Shown here piece after piece: positions 7,463 to 16,100 of a DNA stretch of 28,238 nt. The position numbers were made by a program, and so were the translations under genes. The notes under the pieces were generated by a model, which was not told the DNA's origin, did not search any database, and saw nothing but the letters and a program-made list of their open reading frames with translations. This stretch comes from a virus (taxonomy: Duplodnaviria; Caudoviricetes): IMG/VR virus record IMGVR_UViG_3300035200_000024, positions 1 to 28,238 of that record; one strand, given 5' to 3'. Each line of letters begins with the position of its first letter. Positions within the stretch are counted from its first letter, which is position 1.

Positions 7463-8317
7463 GCCGCTGAACTCTTTACGTTTTCCGTCCCTGTCACTGG
7501 CCAATCGGGTCGCTTCAAAGCGATCGCGTACTCGGGCGAAGTCATCAAGAACTTCGGCGCGTTCGGCGACGTCGCAATCGACCTGTCCAGTGTCACATTC
7601 AACAACCCCGTTCCGGTTCTAGCAGACCACGCCAACTCGCTCGGCTCCATCGTCGGCAGCGCAAACCTGTCGGTCGAGGACGATGCGCTCGTGGCGGTCG
7701 GCAAGATCAACCGGATCACCGATGCGGGGAAGATGGTCGCCGGCCTGATGGAGGACGACCACCCGATCCAGCTATCGGTCGGCATTGGCGCAACGGCACG
7801 CCGCATCACTGTGGGTGAGCCTGTCTCGGTGAATGGTCGCTCGATGAAGGTGGCGGCGGTGTTTGAGAACGCCACCATCCGCGAGCTGTCGTTCGTCGCT
7901 GTTGCGGCAGACCCGCGCACTTCCGCGCATCTCTTCAACAAACAGGAGCACGACATGCCTGATGTCACGCAGGAAATCGAACAGCTCCGCGCTGAACTCG
8001 CCGAGGAGAAAGCGCGGAACGCAGCCCTTGCCGAAGAGCTTGGGCAGATCAAGGAGAAGTTCGCGGCCAAGATCAAGGCCGAGCGCGAGCTGTCCCTGAA
8101 GGAGTTCACGCTCACCGACGAGGCAAAGACCGCCATGTTGGGCATGACCGACGAGCAGTTCACTGCGTCGCTGTCGCTGGCCCTGAGCCTCAAGAAAGCT
8201 GCGCAGCCCGAGCATCTGTTTCGGGATACCGCAACTTCCGGCAAGCCGCCGGAGCAGGGCTCAGGCGACGGGCCTCTGACCGCCGCCATGAAGGCGAAGT
8301 ACCGCGTCGCGAACTAA
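7460..8317 (+). CDS. Prohead protease/scaffold protein (alternative start 7448; internal scaffold start 7955)
   Basis: Motifs AYSG, PVLADH...VG, QLSVG and ELSFVAVAADPRT, followed by a coiled-coil C-terminal half. Internal CAGGAG plus in-frame ATG at 7955. Confidence 0.88.
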   Translation: MAAELFTFSVPVTGQSGRFKAIAYSGEVIKNFGAFGDVAIDLSSVTFNNPVPVLADHANSLGSIVGSANLSVEDDALVAVGKINRITDAGKMVAGLMEDDHPIQLSVGIGATARRITVGEPVSVNGRSMKVAAVFENATIRELSFVAVAADPRTSAHLFNKQEHDMPDVTQEIEQLRAELAEEKARNAALAEELGQIKEKFAAKIKAERELSLKEFTLTDEAKTAMLGMTDEQFTASLSLALSLKKAAQPEHLFRDTATSGKPPEQGSGDGPLTAAMKAKYRVAN

Positions 8318-8329
8318 CGGAGATCCGAC

Positions 8330-8716
8330 ATGACGACTTACACCGAACCTGCCCAGCTCTCGGACTTCCTCAAGTTCGAGCTGGCGCCTGAAGTCCAGTG
8401 GTGCCGCGAGACGGTCACCATCGCATCCGGCCAGAACCTCGCCGCCGGCACCGTGGTTGGCAAGGTCACCGTCGGCGGCAAGTACATCGCCTATGACAAC
8501 GGCGCCGTTGACGGCTCCGAGACGGCGGCTGGCGTGCTGCTGTACGCCGTTGACGCATCCGGCGGTGACAAGAAGGGCGTGATCCTCGCCCGCGGCCCGG
8601 CGATTCTCGCTCTGGAGAACATCGCGTGGGGCGCCGGCGTTACCACGCAGGGCGAGAAAGACGCTGCATACGTCGACCTCGCCGCGCTCAACATCCGCAC
8701 CCGCGCTGCGGTCTAA
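8330..8716 (+). CDS. Head decoration protein (lambda gpD-like)
   Basis: RETVTIASGQNLAAGTVVGK...DGSETAAGVLL..VDAS. Lies between protease and capsid; GGAG RBS. Confidence 0.88.
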   Translation: MTTYTEPAQLSDFLKFELAPEVQWCRETVTIASGQNLAAGTVVGKVTVGGKYIAYDNGAVDGSETAAGVLLYAVDASGGDKKGVILARGPAILALENIAWGAGVTTQGEKDAAYVDLAALNIRTRAAV

Positions 8717-8728
8717 GGAGGCGACACC

Positions 8729-9712
8729 ATGAACCCGTTTGGCTTGTTCTCAGTCGCCGACATCTCGCAGGCGATCAACGTCATCCCCAACCGCTACGGC
8801 CGAGTCAACGAGCTTGGTCTGTTCCCGGTTCGCGGGCTCATCAACAACACCATCCTTGTCGAGGAGCAGAACGGCTCGCTGTCGCTGCTCACCGCTGACG
8901 AGTTCGGCGCCCCGGGCTCTGTCGGCACCATCGGCAAGCGCAAGGTGCGGACGTTCGCGGTGCCGCACTTCTACCAGAACGAGCGCGTCTCCCCGTATGA
9001 CGTGAACGGGCTGCGTGCGTTCGGCGTGGAGTCTCAGGCGGCGGTCCAGCAGTACCTCACGCAGCGGCTTGAAACCATGCGTGGCAAGCATGACCAGACG
9101 CTTGAGTATCTCCGCATGGGCGCCCTGAAGGGGCTGGTTCAGGACGGTGGCGGCAACACGCTGGTCGACCTGTACACCGAGTTCGGAGTGGTCAAAAAGA
9201 CTGTGGACTTCGTGTTCGGCACGTCCACCACCGACATTCGCGGCAAGTGCTACGAGGTGCTGCGGCACATCGAGGACAACCTGCTCGGCGAGGTGATGAG
9301 TGGCGTTCGCGCTCTGGTGTCGCAAGAGTTCTTCGACAAGCTGATCCAGCACTCGAAGGTCAAGGAAGCCTACGCCAACTACCAAGAGGCCGCGCAGCGG
9401 CTTGGCGGCGACGTGCGCAAGGGCTTCGTGTTCGGCGGCATCACGTTTGAGGAGTACCGGGGCATCGTCGGCTCGACGCGGTTCATCACCGCGCAGTACG
9501 GGCACGCCTTCCCTGAGGGCACCACGCAGACGTTCTCGACGTTCGCGGCGCCGGCCGACTTCAACGAGACGGTCGGCCAGCTCGGGCAGCTCTACTACGG
9601 CAAGGTCGCAGAGGAGGAGCTGGGTCGTGGGTACATCCTGCACTCGCAGTCTCACCCGCTGCCGATGTGCTTGCGTCCGGGCGTGCTGGTTGAGCTGATG
9701 ACCAGCAACTAA
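8729..9712 (+). CDS. Major capsid protein (lambda gpE / Phage_cap_E-like)
   Basis: AAGGAGG RBS. AINVIPNRYGR, TLEYLRMGALKG, DLYTEFG, FGGITFEEYRG, APADFNETV and QSHPLPMCLRPGVLV. Confidence 0.93.
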   Translation: MNPFGLFSVADISQAINVIPNRYGRVNELGLFPVRGLINNTILVEEQNGSLSLLTADEFGAPGSVGTIGKRKVRTFAVPHFYQNERVSPYDVNGLRAFGVESQAAVQQYLTQRLETMRGKHDQTLEYLRMGALKGLVQDGGGNTLVDLYTEFGVVKKTVDFVFGTSTTDIRGKCYEVLRHIEDNLLGEVMSGVRALVSQEFFDKLIQHSKVKEAYANYQEAAQRLGGDVRKGFVFGGITFEEYRGIVGSTRFITAQYGHAFPEGTTQTFSTFAAPADFNETVGQLGQLYYGKVAEEELGRGYILHSQSHPLPMCLRPGVLVELMTSN

Positions 9713-9719
9713 CGGTGAA

Positions 9720-9741
9720 GGGGGCGGGGAAACCCGCCCCC
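9720..9741 (+). terminator. GC-rich hairpin after the capsid gene (attenuator or mRNA-stabilising stem; no U-tract)
   Basis: GGGGGCGGG-GAAA-CCCGCCCCC, a 9-bp stem with GNRA loop just after the capsid stop. Confidence 0.55.
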
Positions 9742-9748
9742 AACCCGA

Positions 9749-10183
9749 ATGAGCTACTGCACAGAACAGAACCTCATCGACCGCTTCGGAGCCGACGAGA
9801 TCAGGCAGCTATCTGACCGTGATCGCGACGGCACGAACGACGTTGAGGTGATCGCCGCCGTCATCGCTGACGCGACGGCGGAGATGGACGCATGGTTCGC
9901 GGGGCGCTGGACGATTCCGGCCACCCCGCCGCAGGAAGTAGAGCGCAGGGCGTGCGACATCGCTCGCTACATGCTGTTCGACGACCGGGCTACCGAGGCG
10001 GTGCGCAAGCGCTACGAGGATGCCCTTGCATGGCTTCGGGATGTTGCTGCCGGGCGCGTTTCGATCCCCGGCGCCACTGCGGTGGCGCGGGACGGCGTGA
10101 CAGGCACGGGCGCGGTAGCGCTGGCGAGCCCAGCTATCGTGTTCACCACTGAGCTGCTCGCGAAGGCTCAGGTGGGTGAGTAA
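9749..10183 (+). CDS. Head-tail adaptor, Mu gp36 / DUF1320 family
   Basis: MSYCTEQNLIDRFG..E..QLSD, ACDIARY, VRKRYEDALAWLRDVAAG. Confidence 0.9.
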   Translation: MSYCTEQNLIDRFGADEIRQLSDRDRDGTNDVEVIAAVIADATAEMDAWFAGRWTIPATPPQEVERRACDIARYMLFDDRATEAVRKRYEDALAWLRDVAAGRVSIPGATAVARDGVTGTGAVALASPAIVFTTELLAKAQVGE

Positions 10184-10629
10184 TGCTGGCCGTCAGCCCA
10201 ATCATCGACCGCCTGAAGCTGGCGACGATCCGCGTGGGCGAGGACGACGTGCCGGCGTTCGCGCTGGTGGCGGCGCTTACTGACATCGCTCAGGTTCTCG
10301 ATTGGGCGACTGCTCTGCCGGCGGCGTTCGTTGTGCCGTCCCAAGACAGCGCGAACCCACCTGACAACAAGTGGTCGCCGCGGCAAGTCGTTATCGAGTA
10401 CGTCGACGTTCTGCTGGTTGCTCGCAACCTGTCCGATCCGAGAGGTGAGGCGGCTGCGGCGGATTTGAGTGTTCTCAGCGCGGCAACTCGGGCGTCGTTG
10501 ATTGGCTACAGGGCGCCCGGTCGGTGGCCGCTGATGTTCAGCGCTGCAAAGCCGCTCGGCTTCGATGACCAGATGTTCGTGTGGCAGGAGCGGTTTGAAA
10601 CGAGGTCAGAGCTGATAGCGGTCGGCTAA
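10183..10629 (+). CDS. Putative tail terminator/completion protein (Mu gp37-like)
   Basis: TAATG overlap. PAAFVVP, ARNLSDPRGEAA, R..LIGY and WQERF; position after gp36. Confidence 0.75.
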   Translation: MLAVSPIIDRLKLATIRVGEDDVPAFALVAALTDIAQVLDWATALPAAFVVPSQDSANPPDNKWSPRQVVIEYVDVLLVARNLSDPRGEAAAADLSVLSAATRASLIGYRAPGRWPLMFSAAKPLGFDDQMFVWQERFETRSELIAVG

Positions 10630-10640
10630 GGACGGAATGA

Positions 10641-11021
10641 GTGACGAACGAGATGAGCGATCACGATCGAGACGTGCAGATCCACATCCACGAGCACGTT
10701 GGCCCGCTCAGGGAGCGGGTCGGGCGCATCGAGGGGAAGATGGAAGTGCATGACCGCGAGCTGACGATGTTGCGACAGGGGCTTGATGGGCTGCGCGACC
10801 GCATCGACGGCACGCGGGAAGCCATGCTGGACGCGCTCTCCGAGCACACCACCGACGAGATCAAGCGCTTTGAGGACATCTCGGCCACCGGCTCAATGCT
10901 GAAAGAGCGCATCGAGGGGTTGCAGAACCGGATGTTGGCGCTGTTCATCGGTGCCGGCGCGGTGCTCGCGGTCATCGAGATCCTCGCCAAGCTCGGGATC
11001 ATCCACGGGACAGGGCAGTGA
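10641..11021 (+). CDS. Coiled-coil protein with single C-terminal transmembrane helix (lysis-cassette membrane protein)
   Basis: Heptad-like N-terminal region and MLALFIGAGAVLAVIEILAKLGII. AAGGA RBS; start could be 10653. Confidence 0.7.
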   Translation: MTNEMSDHDRDVQIHIHEHVGPLRERVGRIEGKMEVHDRELTMLRQGLDGLRDRIDGTREAMLDALSEHTTDEIKRFEDISATGSMLKERIEGLQNRMLALFIGAGAVLAVIEILAKLGIIHGTGQ

Positions 11022-11125
11022 TGACTGGCGCTGAAGCTGTGTTCATGGTTCTCAGCATCGTCGTCGGCGCCATCGTCGTCGCGCAGATTCTTGATTGGGG
11101 CGGCTACTGGAGAGACAGGAAGTGA
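11021..11125 (+). CDS. Small single-TM peptide (34 aa), not in the ORF track
   Basis: MTGAEAVFMVLSIVVGAIVVAQILDWGGYWRDRK. TGATG overlap upstream and GTGA overlap downstream. Confidence 0.7.
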   Translation: MTGAEAVFMVLSIVVGAIVVAQILDWGGYWRDRK

Positions 11126-11652
11126 ACTTCGATTGGAAGGCAGTCGTCCGCACGGTAGCGCCCGCACTCGCAACGGCGCTCGGTACGCCGCTCGCCGGAA
11201 TGGCGACCAAGGTCATCACCGATGCCCTGCTCGGCGCCGGCGTCGAAGAGGCGACCGACGACATGCTGGCGGACGCTGTCCGCACGGCAAGCCCGGATGC
11301 GCTCATCAAGCTCAAGGAGGCGGACCTCCAGTTCAAGCGCGACATGGCGCGGCTGGAGATCGACCTTGAGCAGATCGCGGCCGGCGACCGGGCGAGCGCC
11401 CGGCAGCGCGAAGTATCGACCGGAGATGTGTGGACGCCGCGGATGTTGGCCGGCGGCGTGACGCTGGGGTTCTTCGGCGTGCTGACGTGGCTCCTGAGCG
11501 CCGGCATACCGCCCAACGGCGGGGAGGCGCTGCTGGTCATGCTCGGGTCGCTCGGCACCGCATGGGCCGGGATCATCGCTTACTACTTCGGCTCGTCGGC
11601 AGGCTCCCGCCACAAGTCGGATCTGCTGGCGAAAGCGGAGGCTGTTCGATGA
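11122..11652 (+). CDS. Holin (resembles the 3TM GTA-holin family)
   Basis: VAPALATALGTPLAG, DRASARQRE, two C-terminal TM helices and YYFGSSAGSRHK. Directly upstream of the endolysin. Confidence 0.8.
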   Translation: MNFDWKAVVRTVAPALATALGTPLAGMATKVITDALLGAGVEEATDDMLADAVRTASPDALIKLKEADLQFKRDMARLEIDLEQIAAGDRASARQREVSTGDVWTPRMLAGGVTLGFFGVLTWLLSAGIPPNGGEALLVMLGSLGTAWAGIIAYYFGSSAGSRHKSDLLAKAEAVR

Positions 11653-12245
11653 TCCGCGATGACGCCATTGCCTTTGTGATGCGCCCTGACATCGAGGGCG
11701 GGTACGTCAACGACCCCCGCGACCCGGGCGGCGAGACGAACTACGGCATCACCAAGAAGTCGCACCCGAACGAGGACATCAAGAACCTGACGCCAGAGCG
11801 TGCTGCTGAAATCTACCGCGCCGACTACTGGAGCCAAGTGGCCGGGCGCGTGGCGGACACGGCGCCGCGTCTCGCGTTCGTGTTGTTCGACAGCTCAGTG
11901 AATCAGGGCAATGGCGCCGCCGCGAAGATGCTGCAAGGCATCTTGCACGTCGCGCAAGACGGCATCATCGGCCCAAAGACGCTGGAGGCGCTTCAGGACA
12001 CGATTGATGTGCATGGTGAGGCGTGGGTCGTCGAGCAGTTCATGGTGGCCCGCGTCTTGCGCTATGCGCAGACATCGAATTGGAACATCTACGGCAAGGG
12101 CTGGATGTTGCGCTGCATGAAAGCGATGGGCGAGCTGCTGTCGTATGGCGAGGCGCCGCCCGCGCCTGCCGCGCAGTCCTCGATCCTTCCCGAGCTGCTC
12201 GATCAGATCATGGATCTCATCAAGGTGGCCCGCAGTGAATGCTGA
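11649..12245 (+). CDS. Endolysin, glycoside hydrolase family 108 with peptidoglycan-binding domain
   Basis: EGGYVNDPRDPGGETNYGIT catalytic motif, FDSSVNQG, DGIIGPKT and YGKGWMLR. ATGA overlap with the holin. Confidence 0.93.
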   Translation: MIRDDAIAFVMRPDIEGGYVNDPRDPGGETNYGITKKSHPNEDIKNLTPERAAEIYRADYWSQVAGRVADTAPRLAFVLFDSSVNQGNGAAAKMLQGILHVAQDGIIGPKTLEALQDTIDVHGEAWVVEQFMVARVLRYAQTSNWNIYGKGWMLRCMKAMGELLSYGEAPPAPAAQSSILPELLDQIMDLIKVARSEC

Positions 12246-12309
12246 CCACCTGTTCGTCGCCGCGTGCTGCGGCATTCCATCGTCGCACTCACTGACTTAG
12301 GAGGTCATC

Positions 12310-13047
12310 ATGGCGACTGTCTACAAGCCCTACATTGGCTCAGGCAAGATTTACGCTCGCGTGGCCGGCTCCGCTGCTGCGATGGCAGAGGTCGGCAACG
12401 TCTCCAAGCTCGAACTCGGCGTCGAGGAAGAGACGAAGGAGATGCAGGACTACACGAAGCCCGGCGGCGGCGTGTACGCATCGGTGTCGCGAATCAAGAA
12501 CATCAACGTCGCGATGACCATGCACGACCTGAACAAGGAGAACCTCGCTCGCGTGCTGTTCGGCACTGCGTCGACCGTTGCCGGCGCGACCGTCACCGCC
12601 GAGGAGCACACCGCGTACAAGGGCGGGCTCATCCGGTTGGCGCACCCGAAGCCGACTGCCGTCGCCGTCAAGAATGATGGTGGCACCGTGACCTACACGG
12701 CCGGCACCGACTACGAGGTTCGCGCCGAGGGCATCTTCATTCTCGACACGTTCACCGGCACTGACGCCTCTGTTGTTGAGGTCGACTACACCTACGCCGG
12801 CTACGACGTGGTGCAGGCGCTTACCTCGTCCTCGGTGACGCTGGAGATGTCGTTCGGCGGTCTGAACGAAGCCGATTCCGGCAAGCCCGTGATCGTTGAC
12901 CTGTTCAAGGTGAAGATCGGCGCCGCCAAGACGCTGTCGCTGATTGGTGACGACTTCGCTGGCCTTGAGGTGGATGGCAAGTTGCAGGCCGACACCACCA
13001 AGACCGGCGCTGGCATCTCGCAGTATTACAAGGTGTCGATGCAGTAA
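12310..13047 (+). CDS. Major tail tube protein
   Basis: AGGAGG RBS. YIGSGKIY...VGNVSKLEL, ENLARVLFG, GLNEADSGKPV and LSLIGDDFA; upstream of the tape measure. Confidence 0.85.
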   Translation: MATVYKPYIGSGKIYARVAGSAAAMAEVGNVSKLELGVEEETKEMQDYTKPGGGVYASVSRIKNINVAMTMHDLNKENLARVLFGTASTVAGATVTAEEHTAYKGGLIRLAHPKPTAVAVKNDGGTVTYTAGTDYEVRAEGIFILDTFTGTDASVVEVDYTYAGYDVVQALTSSSVTLEMSFGGLNEADSGKPVIVDLFKVKIGAAKTLSLIGDDFAGLEVDGKLQADTTKTGAGISQYYKVSMQ

Positions 13048-13104
13048 CCTTCTAAGGGACTCTCTGCGCCAAGGATGGCGCGATCTCTTTTCTGAGGCAT
13101 CCGC

Positions 13105-16100
13105 ATGGCCTCTACGAACGAAGTCGCAATCAAGATCAAGGTCGACAAGGCCGACGCCGAGACGAACGTCCGGGCGTTTCAGGCTGCGTTCACCAAATTT
13201 CTCGTGTCGATAGGCAAGACGCCTGAGGAGGTCATCGGCTTCTACCATCTGTTCGCCGAGATCAAGAACGGCACGAAGAGCATCAACGATCTTGAGGGCG
13301 CCACGAAGGCGCTGATGCAGGAGTTCAAGATCGGCTTCAAGATGGCCGAGGGAGCAGACTTCCTCGGCATCAGCAGGGCTGAGAAGCTGAACGCCTTGCT
13401 CGCGTCGTGCCAGCAGCGCTTTGGCGCCGCCGGGGCGGCCGGCAAGAAGGCCGGGGCAGACACCGGCAACGCCTTCCGCGATGCGGCACAGCAGGCGACG
13501 ACGCTCAAAGAGAAGGCCGAGCAGATCGCGGCAGCGTTCAACGAGGTGAAGGGCGCTGTCGCGGGCACTGTCGCTGCCACCGTGGCGCTCCAGCAAGCCG
13601 TCAAGCGCTCCATCGAGTTTGAGGAGTCGCTGGCCAAGGTGCAGGCCATCGCCCAGACCTCAGAGGCGAAGCTGGAGGAGTTGGGGCGCGGGCTGGTGGC
13701 GCTGTCCAACCATACCGGCGAGTCGACCCGGGAGCTGGCCGCTCTGGCCGCGCAGGGTGCTCGGTTCGGCTTCCCGGTTGAGAAGTTGGAGGAGTTCACC
13801 CGACTCGCCGCCATGATGGCGCAGACGTTCAACCTGTCGAACGACGAGGTGGCTCAGTCGCTCGGCGCGTTGCGCAACCAGTACAACCTCACGATCCCCG
13901 AGCTGGAGGGGTTCGCGAACGAAATCTTCGCGGTAGGAAAGGCGGTCGGCGCGAGCGCCGGCGACATCTTCAACGTGGTGAACCGCGTCAGCGCGGCCAC
14001 CAAGCAGTTCGGCTTGAGTCGTCAGGAGACGCTGGCGCTGACGGCGTCGCTGCTGTCGATGGGCGTCACGGCCGGGCTCGCCGACAACAACATCAACGCC
14101 TTCCTGCTGCGCCTTCGTGACGTTGGCAACGCGACCGGCGACGCGGCCGACGCACTGTACTCGGTCGGCATCAAAGCCCGCGATCTCGGGAAAGACATTC
14201 GCGAGCACCCGCAGCAAGCGCTCCTGAACTTCATGGAGACGATGCGCGAGCTGCCCAAGACGGCTCGTGCCGACGTGCTCGGGAAGGTGTTCGGGCGCGA
14301 GTACGCGGACGACGCCGAGCGCATGATTAACGCGCTCGACAGGTACAAGAAGGGGCTGACGGCGGTCGGCGAGGAGGCGCAGAACAGCGGTGCCCTGATG
14401 GCCGCGCACGGCGCCCGCATGGAAACGACGGCGCAGCAGTTTGAGCGCATCTCGCAGACCATCACCAACCTCCAGAAGTCCATTGGCGACACGTTCCTGC
14501 CGGTTGTCCGGCCGACTGCGGACGCGATCGCCGACATGGGCGAGGCGCTCTCTAACTTCGCCGAGAACCACCCTGAGATCACCGCCATCGCGACTGCGCT
14601 CGCGACGCTGGCGACGATTGCCGGGGGCGTGAAAACGGCGCTGTGGGGCATCGAGACGGTTGGGCGCATCGCGTTCCCTGCTGCCGCCGCCGGCGCTGCC
14701 GGCCTCGCCGAGAGGCTGGCTGGCGCCACTGCCGCCGCTCGGCTTCTCGGCACAGTCCTGACCGGCTCGCTGAAGCTGGCGCTGGGCGGCTGGATGGCAT
14801 GGGACTTCGGCAAGTACCTCTACGAGAACATCGAAGGGGTCCGTCGCCTCGCCGGATTTATGATCGAGCAGCTCGTCCGGGGCGCGAGCGACGTCGAGTA
14901 CGCATGGGACTTGGCGTGGGCCGCGTTCACCGACGACACCGCAGAGGGCGCCCTGAAGCGCTACGAGGAGCGCACGCGGCAGCTCGATGAGACGTTCCGC
15001 CGGATGTACGAGGGCATCAAGGAGGGAACGTACAAAGGCAAGCAGAGCATGTCGGAGCTTGCCGACGAGCAGGAGAAGGCGGCGAAGGAGGCGGAGAAGG
15101 CTCGCGAGAAAGAGCGGAAGGCGGAGGAGGAGCGCCAGAAGGAGGCGGAGAAGCGGCGCCGCGATCTGCAAGACTTGCGCGAGGACATGCAGAAGCTCGG
15201 GCTCGATGCCGAGGTGTTCACCACCGGCATGACCCGGGCGGAGCGGGAGGTAGTCGATGCGTTTGAGCGCATGTCGGCCTCAGGGCAGGCGTCTGCCGAC
15301 GCCATCATGGCTGGCTTCAAGAGCGGGCTGGAGAAGGTTTCGACCTCCGCCCTGCCGGCGATGGAGCTGGCCATTCACGATGCGTTCAGCCGCAACAAGA
15401 TCAGCGCCGACCAGCTCGATACCGCGCTCGCGCTGATAGCGCGGCGGGCGAAGGACATCTCGCAGGACATGCACGCCGTCAACGAGGCGTCGAAGGCGCT
15501 CGGGCTCGACGCCAGCATCGCGCTCGGCGGGATGAGCGAGAAGGCCGAGGAGGCGGCTCGCGCCCTTGAGCTGCTGATCGAGAAGCAGCTTGTTACCAAG
15601 AACAACTTCCAGCAGGTTTTTGATGCGGCGCTCAAGGCGGCTGACAGCACCGCAGCGGTCGACCGGCTGCGCGGCGCTCTGGAGCTGCTGCGCAAGCAGT
15701 TCCCCGAGCTGGCCCCGCAGATCGAGAAGGCCATGACCCTGCTCAAGCAGAAGGCCGACGAGGTCACTCCGGGCATCAACAGCGTCACCGAGGCGATGGA
15801 GAAGCTCGGCCTGAAGAGCGAGTCGTCTCTCAAGCTGGCCGCGCAGAACGCCCGGGAGATGTACGAGAAAGTCCGGGCGATGGGCGGGACCATCGAGGAC
15901 CAGCGGCAGGCGTGGCTGAAGTACGCAGAAGCCGCGATAACCGCGAACCGTGGCGCGGCCTCGATGACCGTGAAGGCCGAGGCTGCCGCCCTTGGGCTGA
16001 AGCGAGAGCTGAACGAGCTTGTTGAGGCGAACCGCAAGGCGAAGGGCTCGACAGACGCCTTGCGAGATTCGTGGAAGGCCAAGGCCGATGTCATGGCCCG

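Noticed and set aside
12246-12309. Shared late-promoter motif among intergenic regions 7413-7459, 12246-12309 and 13048-13104
   Set aside because: Each has a short GC hairpin, but I could not align a convincing common sequence.
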